This document shows positions 1 to 13,189 of a DNA stretch of 64,000 nucleotides, in pieces. The notes beneath the pieces are model-generated. The model saw nothing but the letters and a program-made list of their open reading frames with translations. It had not been told where the DNA came from and did no database searches. The stretch is from NCBI GenBank assembly GCA_009914755.4, contig CP068257.2, positions 39,104,001-39,168,000 of the forward strand. The letters run 5' to 3'. Origin of the DNA: the human T2T-CHM13v2.0 reference genome, Homo sapiens. Position numbers and translations under genes: made by a program. Within the stretch, counting starts at the first letter, position 1. Every line of letters begins with the position of its first letter.

Positions 1-850
1 TTATAGTTTTCTCTCCCAACCATAACTAAAGTCTTTAGCAATGCTTCATAAGTCAGAATATGAAAATTATTGCTAACTAAGAAATCGGTTCAGATCAGAA
101 GCATAGTTAATAGTTCAACACGGCAGTTTTCAACTCAAATAAAAATGCTGATAGTAGCACTGTAATTTTACATTTGAGCTTTCCAAGAAACTGACATTAC
201 CCCAAACATATTGTTAGGAATGAGGTAACTGTCACTCTTCAAGGCTAATTAATTCCACCAGGATTCTTTTATTTTTTTTCCCTACATTATTTTTCTATCA
301 ACCCGACTGTGGGTAATTTGAACTAAGCAAAATTTGGTCATATTTGAATTTATCCTCTTGTATCCTAAAAGTAGTCTTGTTAAGAATAGCAAGACTTTAA
401 AAATGTAAATGTATACAAGAAACATTGCTTAATTAAATGTATAGTTTCTTATTGAAAATCTCATTCCACAAGCCAGCTTGTGAAATTATTTAAATGACTG
501 CAGGAAAAAAATGATAAATAAATGTTTAATCCTAGCAGTTAAAGAGATAAGCGACCTATGGGGGATTACTGTCACTTCTCCTTATATTTTTAAAGAATTT
601 TACATTAGTCTTTCTCCTTCATGCCACAGGGTTTAATAATGTAACATAAACTCATTCTCTAAGAGACACATCATATGGCCACAGGCAAAAGAAAACCCAA
701 ACTATATTCCAACAGCTTTTGTTTCTTCCATCTAAGGGACCATCCATCTGCCTAAATAATAGCACTTCTTTTTATAGAGTGCCTCCTGCTCTTTAATACA
801 GTAACATTTGCTTCCTCCAGTAAGGGCAGAGGCAACCTTAATGTGAATTA

Positions 851-870
851 TGTGTGTGTGTGTGTGTGTG
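851..870. repeat. (TG)n dinucleotide microsatellite, about 10 units
   Basis: Uninterrupted tgtgtg run read directly in the sequence. Confidence 0.95.
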
Positions 871-1209
871 AAAGTTCCTAAAAAATAACTGTGGGTTCAA
901 AACAGAAAGCTAAATGAAACATTCAGCACAATCTTGTGAAATTCAGGGTTGAAAATCCTGGGGTACCAACACTAAGGGAGCTAATGGGAGGGACCTTGGA
1001 GAATTGTTTCTTCAGTTGCAGACTTCTCAATATTTTACATCCCTGTAACAGACGGCATAACCAAGGCTCCACTGACAAACATAAAGAAGAGTGTTACACC
1101 AAAAAGAAAATAAATCAATATTTTAGCTTTTCTTAAAATTCAAACAGGGCAGGGTGAAAAGGGGAGATGTGGGAGGAATTTTGCAGTAGGCAGTGACACA
1201 AGCATTCAC

Positions 1210-1330
1210 TGATGCAATAATATTTATTGAGCACCTACTAGGTACCAGGTCTTGTGTAAGGGCCCAGTAATGCAAGATATAACAAGTCCTGGTACTACTG
1301 CCAAGGAAATTTCAGTCTGAAGGGTACTCT
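1210..1330 (-). mobile_element. MIR-like SINE fragment, antisense
   Basis: Contains atttattgagcacctactaggtaccaggtc, which resembles the reverse complement of the MIR 3' core (tatttattgagcgcttactatgtgccaggcac). Boundaries are uncertain. Confidence 0.35.
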
Positions 1331-1794
1331 AGTTCACATAGTGAGGTCAATTATAATTCTATTTACCGAAGGTTGTGACAGAAACATTCACAAAATGCAA
1401 CAGAAGCATAAGTGATAGAGAAACTAATCTGACCTATGAAAAATGGAAACAACTTTCCAGAGGAGGAAAGAAAAGTACATTCTAGGCAGAAGTCTTAAAA
1501 AATATTAGGACATTGAGTTGTCCCAGTCAGGAGAGAAATAAAAAGGTGCTGGGAAGCAGGAAATTCAATGCACAGCTAAAAGTGTTGCACGATTAGGAGA
1601 GGGAGCTACAGGTTTCTTAGATTCATTTATCTTGGAAACACTCTTCAGCACCTACCATGTATCTGGCACTGTGCCAAGACCAGCAGACACACTAATAACC
1701 AAGGCGTGGAAGGGTGCTGATTATAAAGTCAAGATTGTAAAGAGTGTCAGGTGCCAAGCTAAAAAGCATGCGCTTAGCCCTGCAGACAATAAGG

Positions 1795-2300
1795 ACAATT
1801 AGGCACATACCCAGGAGAAATGAAAACATACATCCACACAAAACTGTGAGCAAATGTTTAAAGCAGCATTATGTATAATGGCCAATGGTGGAAACAGCCT
1901 ACATGTCTATCCCCTGAAGAATAGGTAAGCAAAATGCGGCTTAGCCTTACAATGGGATATCACTCAGCAATAAACTAGAGTGAAGAACTGGCACAAGCTA
2001 CAATGGGGATGACCCTCAATTACAGCCACAAAAGGCCACATACTGTATGACTCCATTCGTATGAAATGTCCAGAAGAGGGAGATCTGTAGAGACAGAAAG
2101 TCGACTAGTGGCTTACTTATGGTTAGGACTGGGTAACGGGACAGGATAGGAGGGTTTCTTTTGAAGTGATGAAAACCTGCTAAAATTGATTGTGGTGAAG
2201 GCACCTTATCTGTGAATATACTAAAAACCACTAAACTGTATGCTTTAAGTGGATTCTTTTTATGGTATCTAAATTATATTTGAATAAAGCTATTTTAAAA
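1795..2300 (+). mobile_element. Ancient L1 (L1M-type) 3' end fragment
   Basis: Matches the L1M ORF2 3' end and 3'UTR signature: tacccaggagaaatgaaaacatacatccacacaaaa, then ccacatactgtatgactccattcgtatgaaatgtccagaa, gacagaaagtcgactagtgg and aaccactaaactgtatgctttaagtgg (L1M: ccactgaattgtacactttaaaatgg). Confidence 0.75.
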
Positions 2301-2811
2301 AGTAGGAAGTCAATGAAAGTTTTGACAATGAACAATCAATTTCCCAAATTGAAGTTTGAGAAAGTAAACACTGAGTAGACAGGGAGAGAAGACTGCAGGC
2401 AGAAAGCCTGGCTAGACTGCTCTGCTGGGAGTCTAGGCCAGCTGGGCATTGGTGGTGAGAAGGGAGAAAAAAGGCCTAATTATGGATATGTCTGATATGA
2501 TCCTACCAGCATCGGTGGGCAGGGATGTGGGAGCAAAAAGAGTGAAGAAAATAAAAAAAGTCAATAGGAGGCAAATGTAATTGCTTGCATACCCAGTTGC
2601 ACAGTTACACTATTACAAAGAGAGCCTACAAGACAGAGCTGGTTGGTAAAGGAAACAACATGTCAGTTTCACTAACGTAAAGAGGGCACTGCCCCTGGGC
2701 CACCCAATAGCAAATTGGAAATAGGAGTCCAAGACCCTAGAGACATATTTGGCAGCCAGGGAAATTTAAGTCTATCACTGGGTGAGATATTCCAAGAAAA
2801 GTGTTGCATTA

Positions 2812-3138
2812 GTTTGTTTTCACACTGCTAATAAAGACATACCCAAGACTGGGCAATTTACAAGAGAAAGGTATTTAATTGGACTTACAGTTCCACATGG
2901 CTAGGGAAGCCACAAAATCCTGGTGGAAGGCAAGGAGGAGCAAGTCACGTCTTACATGGTTGGCAGCAGGTAAAGGGAGTGAACTTGTGCAGGAAAACTT
3001 CTAACAACCGTCAGATCTCGTGAGACTTACTATCATGAGAACAGCACGGGAATGACCTGCCCCCACGATTCAATTACCTCCCACTGGGTCCCTCCCAAAA
3101 CATGTGGGAATTCAAGATGAGATTTGGGTGAGGGCACA
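2812..3138 (-). mobile_element. Solitary ERVL-MaLR LTR (THE1/MST-like), reverse orientation
   Basis: Reverse-complement match to the THE1 LTR: ctgctaataaagacatacccaagactggg, ttacagttccacatggctagggaagcc, cagatctcgtgagacttactatcatgagaacagcacggg, cattcaattacctcccactgggtccctccc, tgggaattcaagatgagatttgggtgagggcacagccaa, ggcatatca. Confidence 0.7.
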
Positions 3139-3313
3139 GCCAAGGCATATCAAGTGTAAAGAACAAGAAGAGACAAAAACCAGAAGTAAATCCTCAGGGA
3201 TAGGGAGTATTTTATAAGGTAGGAAAATATCTGACAAAAGATTTGTACCCAAAATACATAATGAACTCCTACACACCAATATAAAAAGATAGTCCAACAA
3301 AAATGGACAAAAG

Positions 3314-3598
3314 TGCTGGGTGCAGTAGCTGATGCCTGTAATCCCAGCACTTTTGGAGGCCGAGGTGTGTGGCTCGCTTGAGCCCAGGAATTCAAGATCA
3401 GCCTGGGGAACATAGCAAGACTCTCTCTACCAAAAATTAGCTGGGTGTGGTGGCATGCTCCTGTAGTCCCAGCTACTCAGGAGGCAGGGGTAGGAGGATC
3501 ACTTGAGCCCCAGAATTGGAAGTTGCAGTGAGCCGAGATCGCACCACTGCACTCCAGCCTGAGCGACACAGTGAGACCTTGTCTCCAAAGAAGAAAAA
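3314..3598 (+). mobile_element. Alu SINE (full length, older AluS/J-like) inserted into L1
   Basis: Dimeric Alu, gctgggtgcagtagctgatgcctgtaatcccagcac through gcaccactgcactccagcctgagcgacacagtgagaccttgtctc, followed by an A-rich tail. Confidence 0.95.
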
Positions 3599-3616
3599 CA
3601 CACACACACACACACA
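3598..3616. repeat. (CA)n microsatellite at the Alu tail
   Basis: cacacacacacacacacaa immediately 3' of the Alu A-tail. Confidence 0.9.
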
Positions 3617-5639
3617 AGGTGTGAACAGTCACTTCACAAAGGCCAATATATAAATGGCCAATAAGCACATTAAAAAGTGCTTCAATGCCACTGGTCATTA
3701 AGAAAAAGTAAATTAAAAGTACAGTGGGGTACTACTACACATCCACCAAAATAACTACAATGGAAAAGACAGAATATATTGAGGGTCTTAAGAATGTGGA
3801 GCAACAAGACCCTCAAACAATGCAGGTAGTAATGTAAATCAGTAGTTATTGTGGAAAATTATTAGCCTCTACTAAAGGGAACACATGTGTACACTGTGAC
3901 TCAACAATTTCACTCCTAAGTATTTATACAACAAAAGCACATGCATATGTCCATCAAAAAATACACGCTGGAATATCTACAGCAGCAACACGTTGTAACA
4001 GTCACAAACTGAAAACTTACCAAATATCGATCAATAATAAAATTGATACATCGTGATATATTGGCACCTTGAATCACTACATACTGATAACAATGAACAA
4101 TCTGCACATAAAATATTATAAATCACACAACTATAATGGTGAAGAAAAGCAAAAAGACACCAAAGGGATTTACACTGTATTGTTCCATTTATATCAAACA
4201 TCAAAATAGGAAAAACTAATCTATGATGTTGAGAGTCAGAATAAAGTTTGCCCGTGGGGGTGGGGTCAGGTGCAGAGAATGGAAAGGGCCATGAGGTGGC
4301 ATCCAAGGTGCAGGCTATGTTCTTTTTCTTGATCTGGGTGCTGGGCACACTGCATGTGTACACAGTGATTTGCATGTATGTAACATTTCAATTAAAAAAT
4401 TAAAAGAGTTTAAAGAAATTGGAAAAAAATCATGAAGGAGATAAATAGGAAATTAGGAGATCAGTAGCTCAAACCCTAGAGAGTGATGTCTTAGAAACAA
4501 AAAGACATTTTGAGACGTTAACCAACAGTTTTCAACACTGTCAATTGCTTCAGAGAGGTCAGAAAACATGAGAACTAAAACAGGCTATCGAATTTGCAAA
4601 TTGGGTACATTAATTTTGAATGGAAATGCCATTTGGGTTCAAGTTAGCTTTATTGATTTCATAGGAATACGTGAGTGGGTATGCTTACTAAAATGAACTG
4701 CTTGTGTAAAGGTCTTCCAAAATGAAAGGGAATATAACTTAGCCTTAGGTAAACATATCTAGAAAGCATAACATTTAGCTGATTCTGAGACTCCAAAATG
4801 GTTTTTTCTTTGGATAAATGCTTAGAAATTCAGTGTCATCTCGATCAGACAATCACAAATCAGTTAAATGATGGGCTTATAATGACTTGGAAAGCATTCC
4901 AAGGCTTCTATGAAGTGATTCCAAGTCAGGTTATTAAAATGTGCTCATATGTTATAGCAATTTTGCCTTTAACGTTAATATATTTCACTCATTCTATCTA
5001 CTCCCAAGCTGTGAAATGATGTTGCAACTGTCATCACTTAGAAATATGAAATTCTGTCTCTGTCCATCATAAAACAACAAACAAAAACACAGAAACAAGA
5101 ACTGGATTTACTCTATGTCTTCACTAAAGTTTCAGACAGTACAGAAAAAAAAAAAATGAAAGAAGGAAACAAACAAAGTGGACCTTATGAGTGGCCCAGC
5201 TTACTTCCTGAGTTTCTAAGATAATTCCAAAAGGAGGAAATTTGAATAAAACTTGGTTATATTGTGGGGTTAGGGGGACCAAGTATGACACTTGAGGGGA
5301 CTAAGGCTGCTAGAATTTACAAAGTGGAAAGAAGGAAGTTATATAGAGAGGGAGCTCCAGAGAGCGGAAGGAGCTTCCAGTTGATGAGTCCTTAACTGTG
5401 TGCTGATATTTGCATGCGTGTAAGAAAACTACCAAGGTTGGATTAGGAACACCAGAAAGAAGTGGGTGAAAATCTGTGAAGCTCACACAGGGGAGAAAAT
5501 AGTTCATGTTTCAACCAGCAAAAGAGGTAAGAACTTCTAATAAATAGAACATCAGATTGAGTATTCAGAAATGTATCACACAGCTGCAGGGGACAAATTA
5601 ATCATAACAAAATTTAAAAGTGATCCTAGAAGGGAACAA

Positions 5640-7560
5640 ACTGAGTCTAAGTAATTGAACTGCACAACAAAAAACTTTGATGATAATTAATAGAAACCAA
5701 CAATCAATCAATAATATAAAATTTACAATGTCTGTCATTCAATAAAAAATTGGACACAATAAGGGAAATATGGCATATTATTAGGAGTAAACTATTCCAC
5801 AGAAAGACACATAAATGAGAGATGATACAATTTGCAAGCATGGATATTAACATCACTCTTATAAATATTCTGTCAATATGTACAAGACAGTAGGAAAAAG
5901 GAAGAGCTCATTGATGAGAGAAATGGAGAAAATACAAACAGCCAAGCTGCAAATAAAACAGTCAAATGGACCTTCTAGAGATTCAAAATGTAATATATGA
6001 AATGAAAGTTAGACAAATAGGATTAATGGCAGATTACACCCTTCAGAAGAAACTGTCAATGAACCAGAAAACAGAGCAATTAAAACTACCCAAATTGAAA
6101 AACAAACTTTAAAAAGGCTTAAAAACAGTAAACACAAAACTGGTGAGATGTGGGCCAATATCGTTTGGCCTAATATACGTATAATTGGAGTTCTAGGATG
6201 AAAATGAGATACAGAAAAAAAATCGAACAATTAATATACAGAAGTTTCAAACTTTAATGAACACTAGAACCTCAACTATCCATCAAATTCAACAAACACC
6301 AAACAGAAGCATGTAGAAAACCACAACATGACACATGATTAAATTGTTCAAATCCAACATAAAGAAAAAAACTTAAAGGCAACCAGATTAAAAAATAAAT
6401 ACATGTTATATTTAGAGAAACAAAGATAAGAATGACAGCAGACTTCTCATCAGAAACAACGCAAAACAGAAGACAAGGGGAGAGAAATTTGAAGCATTTT
6501 TTTAAAAAAAAGACAGGAAAGAAAAACTGTCAACCTAAAGCTCTATATGCAGAAAAATTTTCATAAAGACAAAATAACTTTCTAGACATTCCAAAGCTGA
6601 GAATTCATTGTCAGTAGACTAGCAATACAAAAATCGTTAAAATCTTTCAGGAAGAAAAGAAATAATATCAGATGCAAATTTGTGACTTCATAAAGAAATG
6701 AAGAGTGACAAAAATGTTAAGCATGTGGGTGAATATAAAATCATATTTTCTCACTTTAAATCATCAAAAGATACATTACTGTTAAGGCAATAATAATGCA
6801 TTGTGTGGTTTGTAACATATAGATAAAATGAATAACAATATTAACACAAAGGCAGGAGGAAGGAGGAAATAAAAATTTATTGTTGTAAGGTCCTTCTATA
6901 AATTAAGTGGTATTATTTGAAAGTAAGCCATGTTACTTTGAAGATGGACATTGTAAACTCTAAAAGCAACCACTTACAAAGCAAAATAAAAACAAAACTT
7001 ACATGTTAATCCTTTAATGCAGGTAAAATTGACAATTTAAAAAATACTCCATTAATCCAAAAGAAGGCAAGAAAGAGAAAAATAAAGGAACAGAGGACAG
7101 ATAGAAAAAATAGGGAGCAATTAGCAAGATGATAGGTTTAAACGAAACCAAATTGACCATCACATTAAATATAAATTGCCTAAACACTCTTAAAAGTAAA
7201 ACATTGTCAGATTGAATAAAAAATAAATACCTAACTATACGCTATCCAGGAGAAATTCTATTATAAAGAAACTGATAGACCAAAAGTAAAAAAAATAGAA
7301 AAAATATAAGCTAACACTACTCTAAAGAAAGTGGGAGTGATTATATTAATATCAAAGTAGATTTTAGAATAAGAAATATTACTAGGGACAGATGGTTATT
7401 CCCTAATGATAAAGTGGTCAATTCATCAAGGTGACATAACAATCCTAAATGTCTATGTACCTAATAAAAGAGCTTCAGAGGACATGAAGCAAATCTGCTG
7501 GAATTAAAGTGAAAAATATAAAATCCAAAAGGAGAACTGAGAGCTGGGTCTCTCTCGCTC
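5640..7560 (+). mobile_element. Ancient L1 (L1M-type) fragment spanning the ORF1 3' half to the start of ORF2
   Basis: AT-rich LINE coding remnant. The ORF2 N-terminus reads ...tattaatatcaaagtagattttagaataagaaatattactagggacagatggttattccctaatgataaagtggtcaattcatcaaggtgacataacaatcctaaatgtctatgtacctaataaaagagcttcag, which matches the L1M endonuclease start. It ends at a T-run at 7560. Confidence 0.7.
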
Positions 7561-7699
7561 TTTTTTTTTTTTTTTAGTGCTAATTACCATTAGGGTAACG
7601 TAACAGTGTTTTTTGTTGAGATGTAGGTTGCATTCTTGAATGTTGGAGGTTAAGAAACTGTGAGTAGAAAAAATCCAATGTCATCTCACAGCTGTCATA

Positions 7700-8110
7700 C
7701 ACTAGGGTCTGGCCACGCTGGTCTCCTCAGTGTCCTAGGTCCCCAATCCCCTTCCAACTCGGGGTCTGTGCTGGTACTAGGCTCTTAGCTGGAACACTTC
7801 ACCCTCCTTTATCCAATTAACTCCTACTCATTCATTGAATGTCAGCTAAACACCAATTCCTTAGAATTTATTCCCGGTCTTCTACCTTTCATACTAGACA
7901 CCGTGTCCTACCTTTCAGCTTCTTGCATCACACTGTCATCAATGTTTTCATAGCTATTTTGCATGTGCACCCCACTCCATTGCAATCTAGAAGAGGGGCA
8001 GCATGCTTCATAGGAGATGATGCAATCTTATTCTTAGAGGCAGCTGGTGTGCTGGCTAATACATAATAGAAGCCCTCACATTTTTTATTGAATGCATAAA
8101 TAAATGTTTA
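7700..8110 (+). mobile_element. L2 LINE 3' end-like fragment
   Basis: Ends with gctggctaatacataatagaagccctcacattttttattgaatgcataaataaatg, which resembles the L2/MIR shared tail (cacatagtaggtgctcaataaatatttgttgaatgaatgaa). Confidence 0.4.
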
Positions 8111-11100
8111 AAAGAAAAATATTATGGTTTTCATACTACATATAACTAAAGAGATTCCTTTTAAGAAGTAACAATCTGTATTTTATATACATCATCTACT
8201 ATAATCTAAATTCCATTATATAGATATCAAGGGACCACAAGGATGAGTGGCTGACAAAAAGAATTTCTGAGGTGCTATAAGAACACACTTCGAAGATTTT
8301 AGCTACTTTGTGTAAGAATGTTCTTTTTATCCAATATTTGTACTTATTTTGCAACAAGAAGGAAAAAGCCTGATTTTTGCCATGGGTTTTACAAAGCTCT
8401 GGAGAAAAAAAGTAAAAATAAATTAGTGTTTTACCCAGAAAATGTCTGAGTATTGTTTGCAATCCATTTCTAGAGTACTACTTCCATATGTGTATAGGGA
8501 ATTCATTTTAGAGATAAAAGTCTCTCCATCCCTTTGGATGGATTAAAGTCACTCTCATTAACATTGCTAGGGGTTAAGTGTACATTTTCAGAGAGGAATA
8601 TAGAATCTGTAATGAATAATATGTATGTGGTTTACTACGTTCCGGCATTTACATTTTAAGCTCAAAGGTTTCAAAAGGCATGAAAGTGGCTAGCGATTTG
8701 GAAGGAGCAGAAGACCCAGTGAGCATTATGATCACAGGCAGTAAAGCACATGAATAAACCAAAATGATGTAAATGGCTCCTTAGGATTCGGAAGCATAAA
8801 AACTGGGGAACAAGAATAGAACAAACGAATGAAGAAAGAGTACAGAGTTATGTAAAGAATTACAAATGAAGAAAATCAGCAGAAATAACAGAGAAATAAA
8901 GATAACATCACAATAATGTTAACAGAATTGCTTTCTGCAGATTAAGAGGCAAAGAGTTGGAGAGAGAGGGAAAAAATTACAAAATTGAATGTCCAAAAAC
9001 ATGGCAATGTGAAATAGCAACAAAAAAACAGTGAAGCAACAATAAAGTAAGATTATCAAAGGGAAGGGGAGGAGGACGTTAACCAAAGCCAACTGAATCA
9101 TTTCTCCTATGATTAAAGAAGAAAATGAATTATAACCAGAGACTGACTGGTACCTCAGCATAAAAATGTAAAATCCAAGTTCGGTAATTAAACCTTTCAC
9201 TCCAGCATTAAGTGAAAACACTGAAGTGAAATGACAAAAAGACATAAATTCTTCTTAGTTTCATTGACTAATACACTGTTGAGCATTATTTTCTTTTGCT
9301 AGAACTTCACTATGTTCAGAAGTGCTTCATTTTTCATTTTGCTCTGACCTAAGGACTTACAGAAATCTAATGTTTTAAGTAATTTCTTTCTTCATGTAAC
9401 GCACAGGTTTAAGTTTCAGAAACAAAATAAATGACCATTCTCATAAATGCAAATACACCCTAAGTCATGAGTGATGACAATTTTTAAAAAAACTTTGAAA
9501 GACTCTTTAAGGATTGACTCCAGTCTAATCTGGTCCCTCGAATTTACCAGCCTTTCCAGGGTTTGCTCTGAATGAGAGACTGGCTCACTGGCTTCCTCTA
9601 GTATGACTTCTTTTGGCTTTCTCCACAATGTTAAATCCATTGCCATTGGCATCTCATGACTGCCAGCATCTCATCTCTCTTCCCCTTTGTCCTTAGAGTG
9701 TTTGTAAATCCCTTTATTTCCATGTTAATGAAGCTTCTGTGGCAGGATGAGGGAGCAATGACAAAGTGTAGATGTCCAGTTGCCTTTTCTTATCAGCAAT
9801 GCCTACTGTCGCCAAAGCAGTGATGGAAAAAAAACCTGCGTCCGGGCTCCAGGTATGAGGTACTCTTCTATCTTCCCAGAGGACATTGGGGAATACTGCA
9901 TGAATGAAACTCACCTGACTTTACCATCCCTTGTACTCATACCACCTGATCCAGTTCTGTATTTTTGCCCTTGCATATCAACAGACTGTTCGTATATGTG
10001 ACTTTATTCATTGCCAAAACATTTGTACCTTGAATGCAGCAAAGGGGGCATTGTCATCCTTGTAAACCGTGTGCTCACACAGCACTGAGTGTATGGACAA
10101 TGCAATCAACACTTAAATGTAACCGAAGGCAGACCTCTGTGGAGGTGGAAAAAGCATTTCTTTGTGAGAAAAGGTGCCATCATTTCTGGGGTTCTCTGTA
10201 GTTGGAACCTGCTCTCAGGTTCTGACCTAGGAGTGTGGAGACCAAGGGCCTGCCTTTTCTGGACCTCAGTGTGCAGCCATTTATAAAGCAAGGTGTGACT
10301 GACCTAGAATTCCATACTCAAAGTATCAAACAAGTAAACGAGGACAATTTTAGATCATGCAAAGTCAAAATTTTGACCTCTCATGTACCCTTCTTCAAAA
10401 AGCAATTAAAAAATGAATTAAAAGGTTGCAAACTCAGAAAGAACATACGATATCCAGAAAACAGACGGTACAACATAGGTGAGAAACAAAAAGAATTTCC
10501 AGAATAACTGTGAACGATAACAGAACAACAAACATACAGCAGAAATCAGTCCAGATTAAAGCAGAAAGAAGGCTCCTGGAGAGATGTTTCCAGGAAAAAA
10601 ATAAACATTCAAGCACGCTAATGCATCTGAATGTATTAAGAAGAGTGTTTAGTCCGTTGGAGAATTTGGGGAATGAATTAGTAACACATGCAGTGAAAAC
10701 TAAGTAAACAAAGAAGCAAGTGATTATTAATCCTAGGAAAAACACAAAGCTGTAATAGAAAAAGTGTTCATCATATACTATGTGGCTCAGCTGTAGCTAA
10801 TATTTACATAGTCATAATAATGTAAATCATAAATATTGATCTAACCCCAAATGGTAGTATCATTATATAGATAAAATAGAAAAAGATAAGAAAAGAGGGC
10901 ATTCACAGTCCATAAAATCAAGGTAAATCCATATCTAAACTTGAAAGATTAAGAATTTCAGTGTAAAAAGATAACTTAAAAATATGGGTCTGAACATAGA
11001 AGAGTCAGCTTTAACAGGAAAAAAAAAAATACTCACAGAAAGCAAAGTCTGTAAGTGAGTGTGTTTCCAGAGAGTTTGTCTAATTCCAATCATGATCAGA

Positions 11101-11167
11101 AGGAGCCCAAACCAACCCTATGCGGAACAGTGCCTTCCAAGTGGACGCAGCACAATTTGTCTGATTC

Positions 11168-11600
11168 TCTGCTATGGTTTGAATGTTTGCCCCCACTCGA
11201 ACTCATGTTGAAATTTAATCCCCAATGTGGCAGTATTGAGGGGTAGAGCCTTTAAGAGGTTATTGGGTCATGTAGGCTCTGCCCTCATGAATAGATCAAT
11301 CCATGAATGGATTGATGGAGTAATGGATTAATTGATTAGTGGGTGGGTTGTCATGGAAGTGGGACTGGTGACTTTATAAGAAGAGGAGGAGAGATCTGAG
11401 CTGGCATACCCAGCCCCCTCTTCTCTGAGTCCCCATCAGCAAAAAGACCCTCACCAAATGTGGCCCTTCAACCTTGGACTTCTTAGCCTCCATAATTGGA
11501 GGAAATCAATATATCATTTCTCTATAATACCAGTGTCAGGCATTCTGTTACAAACAACAAAAAACAAAATAAGACATTCTCACCTACATCAGTCAGCTGG
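11168..11600 (+). mobile_element. Solitary ERVL-MaLR-type LTR (MST/MLT-like)
   Basis: tgctatggtttgaatgtttgcccccactcgaactcatgttgaaatttaatccccaatgtggcagtattgagg, tgggactggtgactttataagaagaggagg, cttggacttcttagcctccataattggaggaaatcaatatatcatttctctataataccagtgtcaggcattctgttacaaa. This is the THE1/MST family architecture. Confidence 0.65.
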
Positions 11601-11959
11601 AGACTAATGACGCCCCACAGGCTCTCAATGATGGAAAACACACGATGCTGAAATCTCGCCTACAGAGGCTTATTTAGGAGTCTCAAACACGCAAGACTTT
11701 AAAAAATCTGTTGATTGGAACCCTGGTTAAATTATTGTCCTAATTTCCTTGTCCACTTAGCTATGCCCCTGTTCTGGGATCCAGTATTCTTAAAACTTCA
11801 AGAAGTTTTCTTGCCTTCCTCCTCATGTATGTGATTCTTCTGCACATTTGTTAGTACTTCAGAAAAAAATTAATAAGAGTCACATAAGGTATACTCAAAA
11901 ATATCCTTAAAATATGAGAGTTTTAATCGAAGAAGTAAAAAGCATCATTCTTAACAGTT

Positions 11960-12790
11960 GCCCAACCCAAACATGTGGGTGCTTGTAGAGGTCCCTGTTT
12001 TCCTCATATCTTATATTCACAGCATCAATAAGTCTCTTAGCTGTACCCTCAAAATATACCCTGCATCTGCCTTGTGCCATCTCCTCTGCCACTCCCTGGT
12101 CCAATCCACCATCACCTCTCCCTGGTGCCCAATGGGTCTCTCTGCTTCTACCCTGGTCCCCTACACACACACTCTCATCCATCAGCTCCATCAGTGAGAG
12201 TGATCCAGTTAAGATGGCTCAGGCCATCTCTGGCCTCTGTTCTGAGCTTTTGAGGACCCCATTCTCCAGGTAAAAGCCTATCTTCCTACAGGATCCATCC
12301 TCACTGTTTCTTCTCTGATGTCATCTCCTACCACCCTCCCCTGGGGATCCCACCGCAGCCACACTGGCCTCCTTGTCGTCTCTAGACCACCCCTGCAGGC
12401 TCCCACCTCTGGGTCTCTGTACCTGCTCTCCCTCCACCTGGGATGTTTTTCTCCCAGAAACTCCCTGGCTCACCTTTTCCAGCCTTGGCTGTGCCGTCTC
12501 CCCCTCAGGGATGCTTCCCCTGACTGCCTGGTAAAGATGGCGGCACTTCCACTACTGCAGCGCCCCCTCCGACCCACGCCTGCACTTACTCCCCATGGCC
12601 CTCAGCGTCTTTAGTGCACTCGATCATTTACCTATTTGTTATACTTGCTTCAACTGTCTGCCTCTAAACCTATCCTAAAATTTTGGTCCCTAAAAAGTAA
12701 ATATTTTGGTTGATTTTATTCCCTGATGTATTCCCAATTCCTACAATAGTTTCTAGCATGTAGCAAAGAGTCTCAACAAATATTTAATAC
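11960..12790 (+). mobile_element. L2 LINE 3'UTR fragment
   Basis: cagccacactggcctccttg matches the L2 3'UTR core. The tail tgtattcccaattcctacaatagtttctagcatgtagcaaagagtctcaacaaatatttaatac corresponds to L2 tgtatccccagcgcctagaacagtgcctggcacatagtaggtgctcaataaatatttg. Confidence 0.6.
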
Positions 12791-12888
12791 TTCTTGAACA
12801 CAAGACTGTTAGGCTAAATTCAATTAAATATCAATAAGTCTCAGTGACATATAGTGTTTTAAAATTAAACATTCACTATAAATGATTC

Positions 12889-13189
<301 letters not shown>

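Larger units (their letters stand above)
3139..4400 (+). mobile_element. Ancient L1 (L1M-type) ORF2 C-terminal / 3'UTR fragment, interrupted by an Alu
   Basis: L1M ORF2 tail motifs: aaatggccaataagcacat, cactcctaagtatttatacaac, tcaatgaacaatctgcacataaa, tacactgtattgttccatttatatcaaa. The Alu at 3314-3598 splits it. Confidence 0.7.

Noticed and set aside
8800-11050. AT-rich stretches with L1-like composition, possibly additional ancient L1 ORF fragments
   Set aside because: I could not align diagnostic motifs to an L1 consensus with confidence from memory. These are left unannotated rather than guessed.
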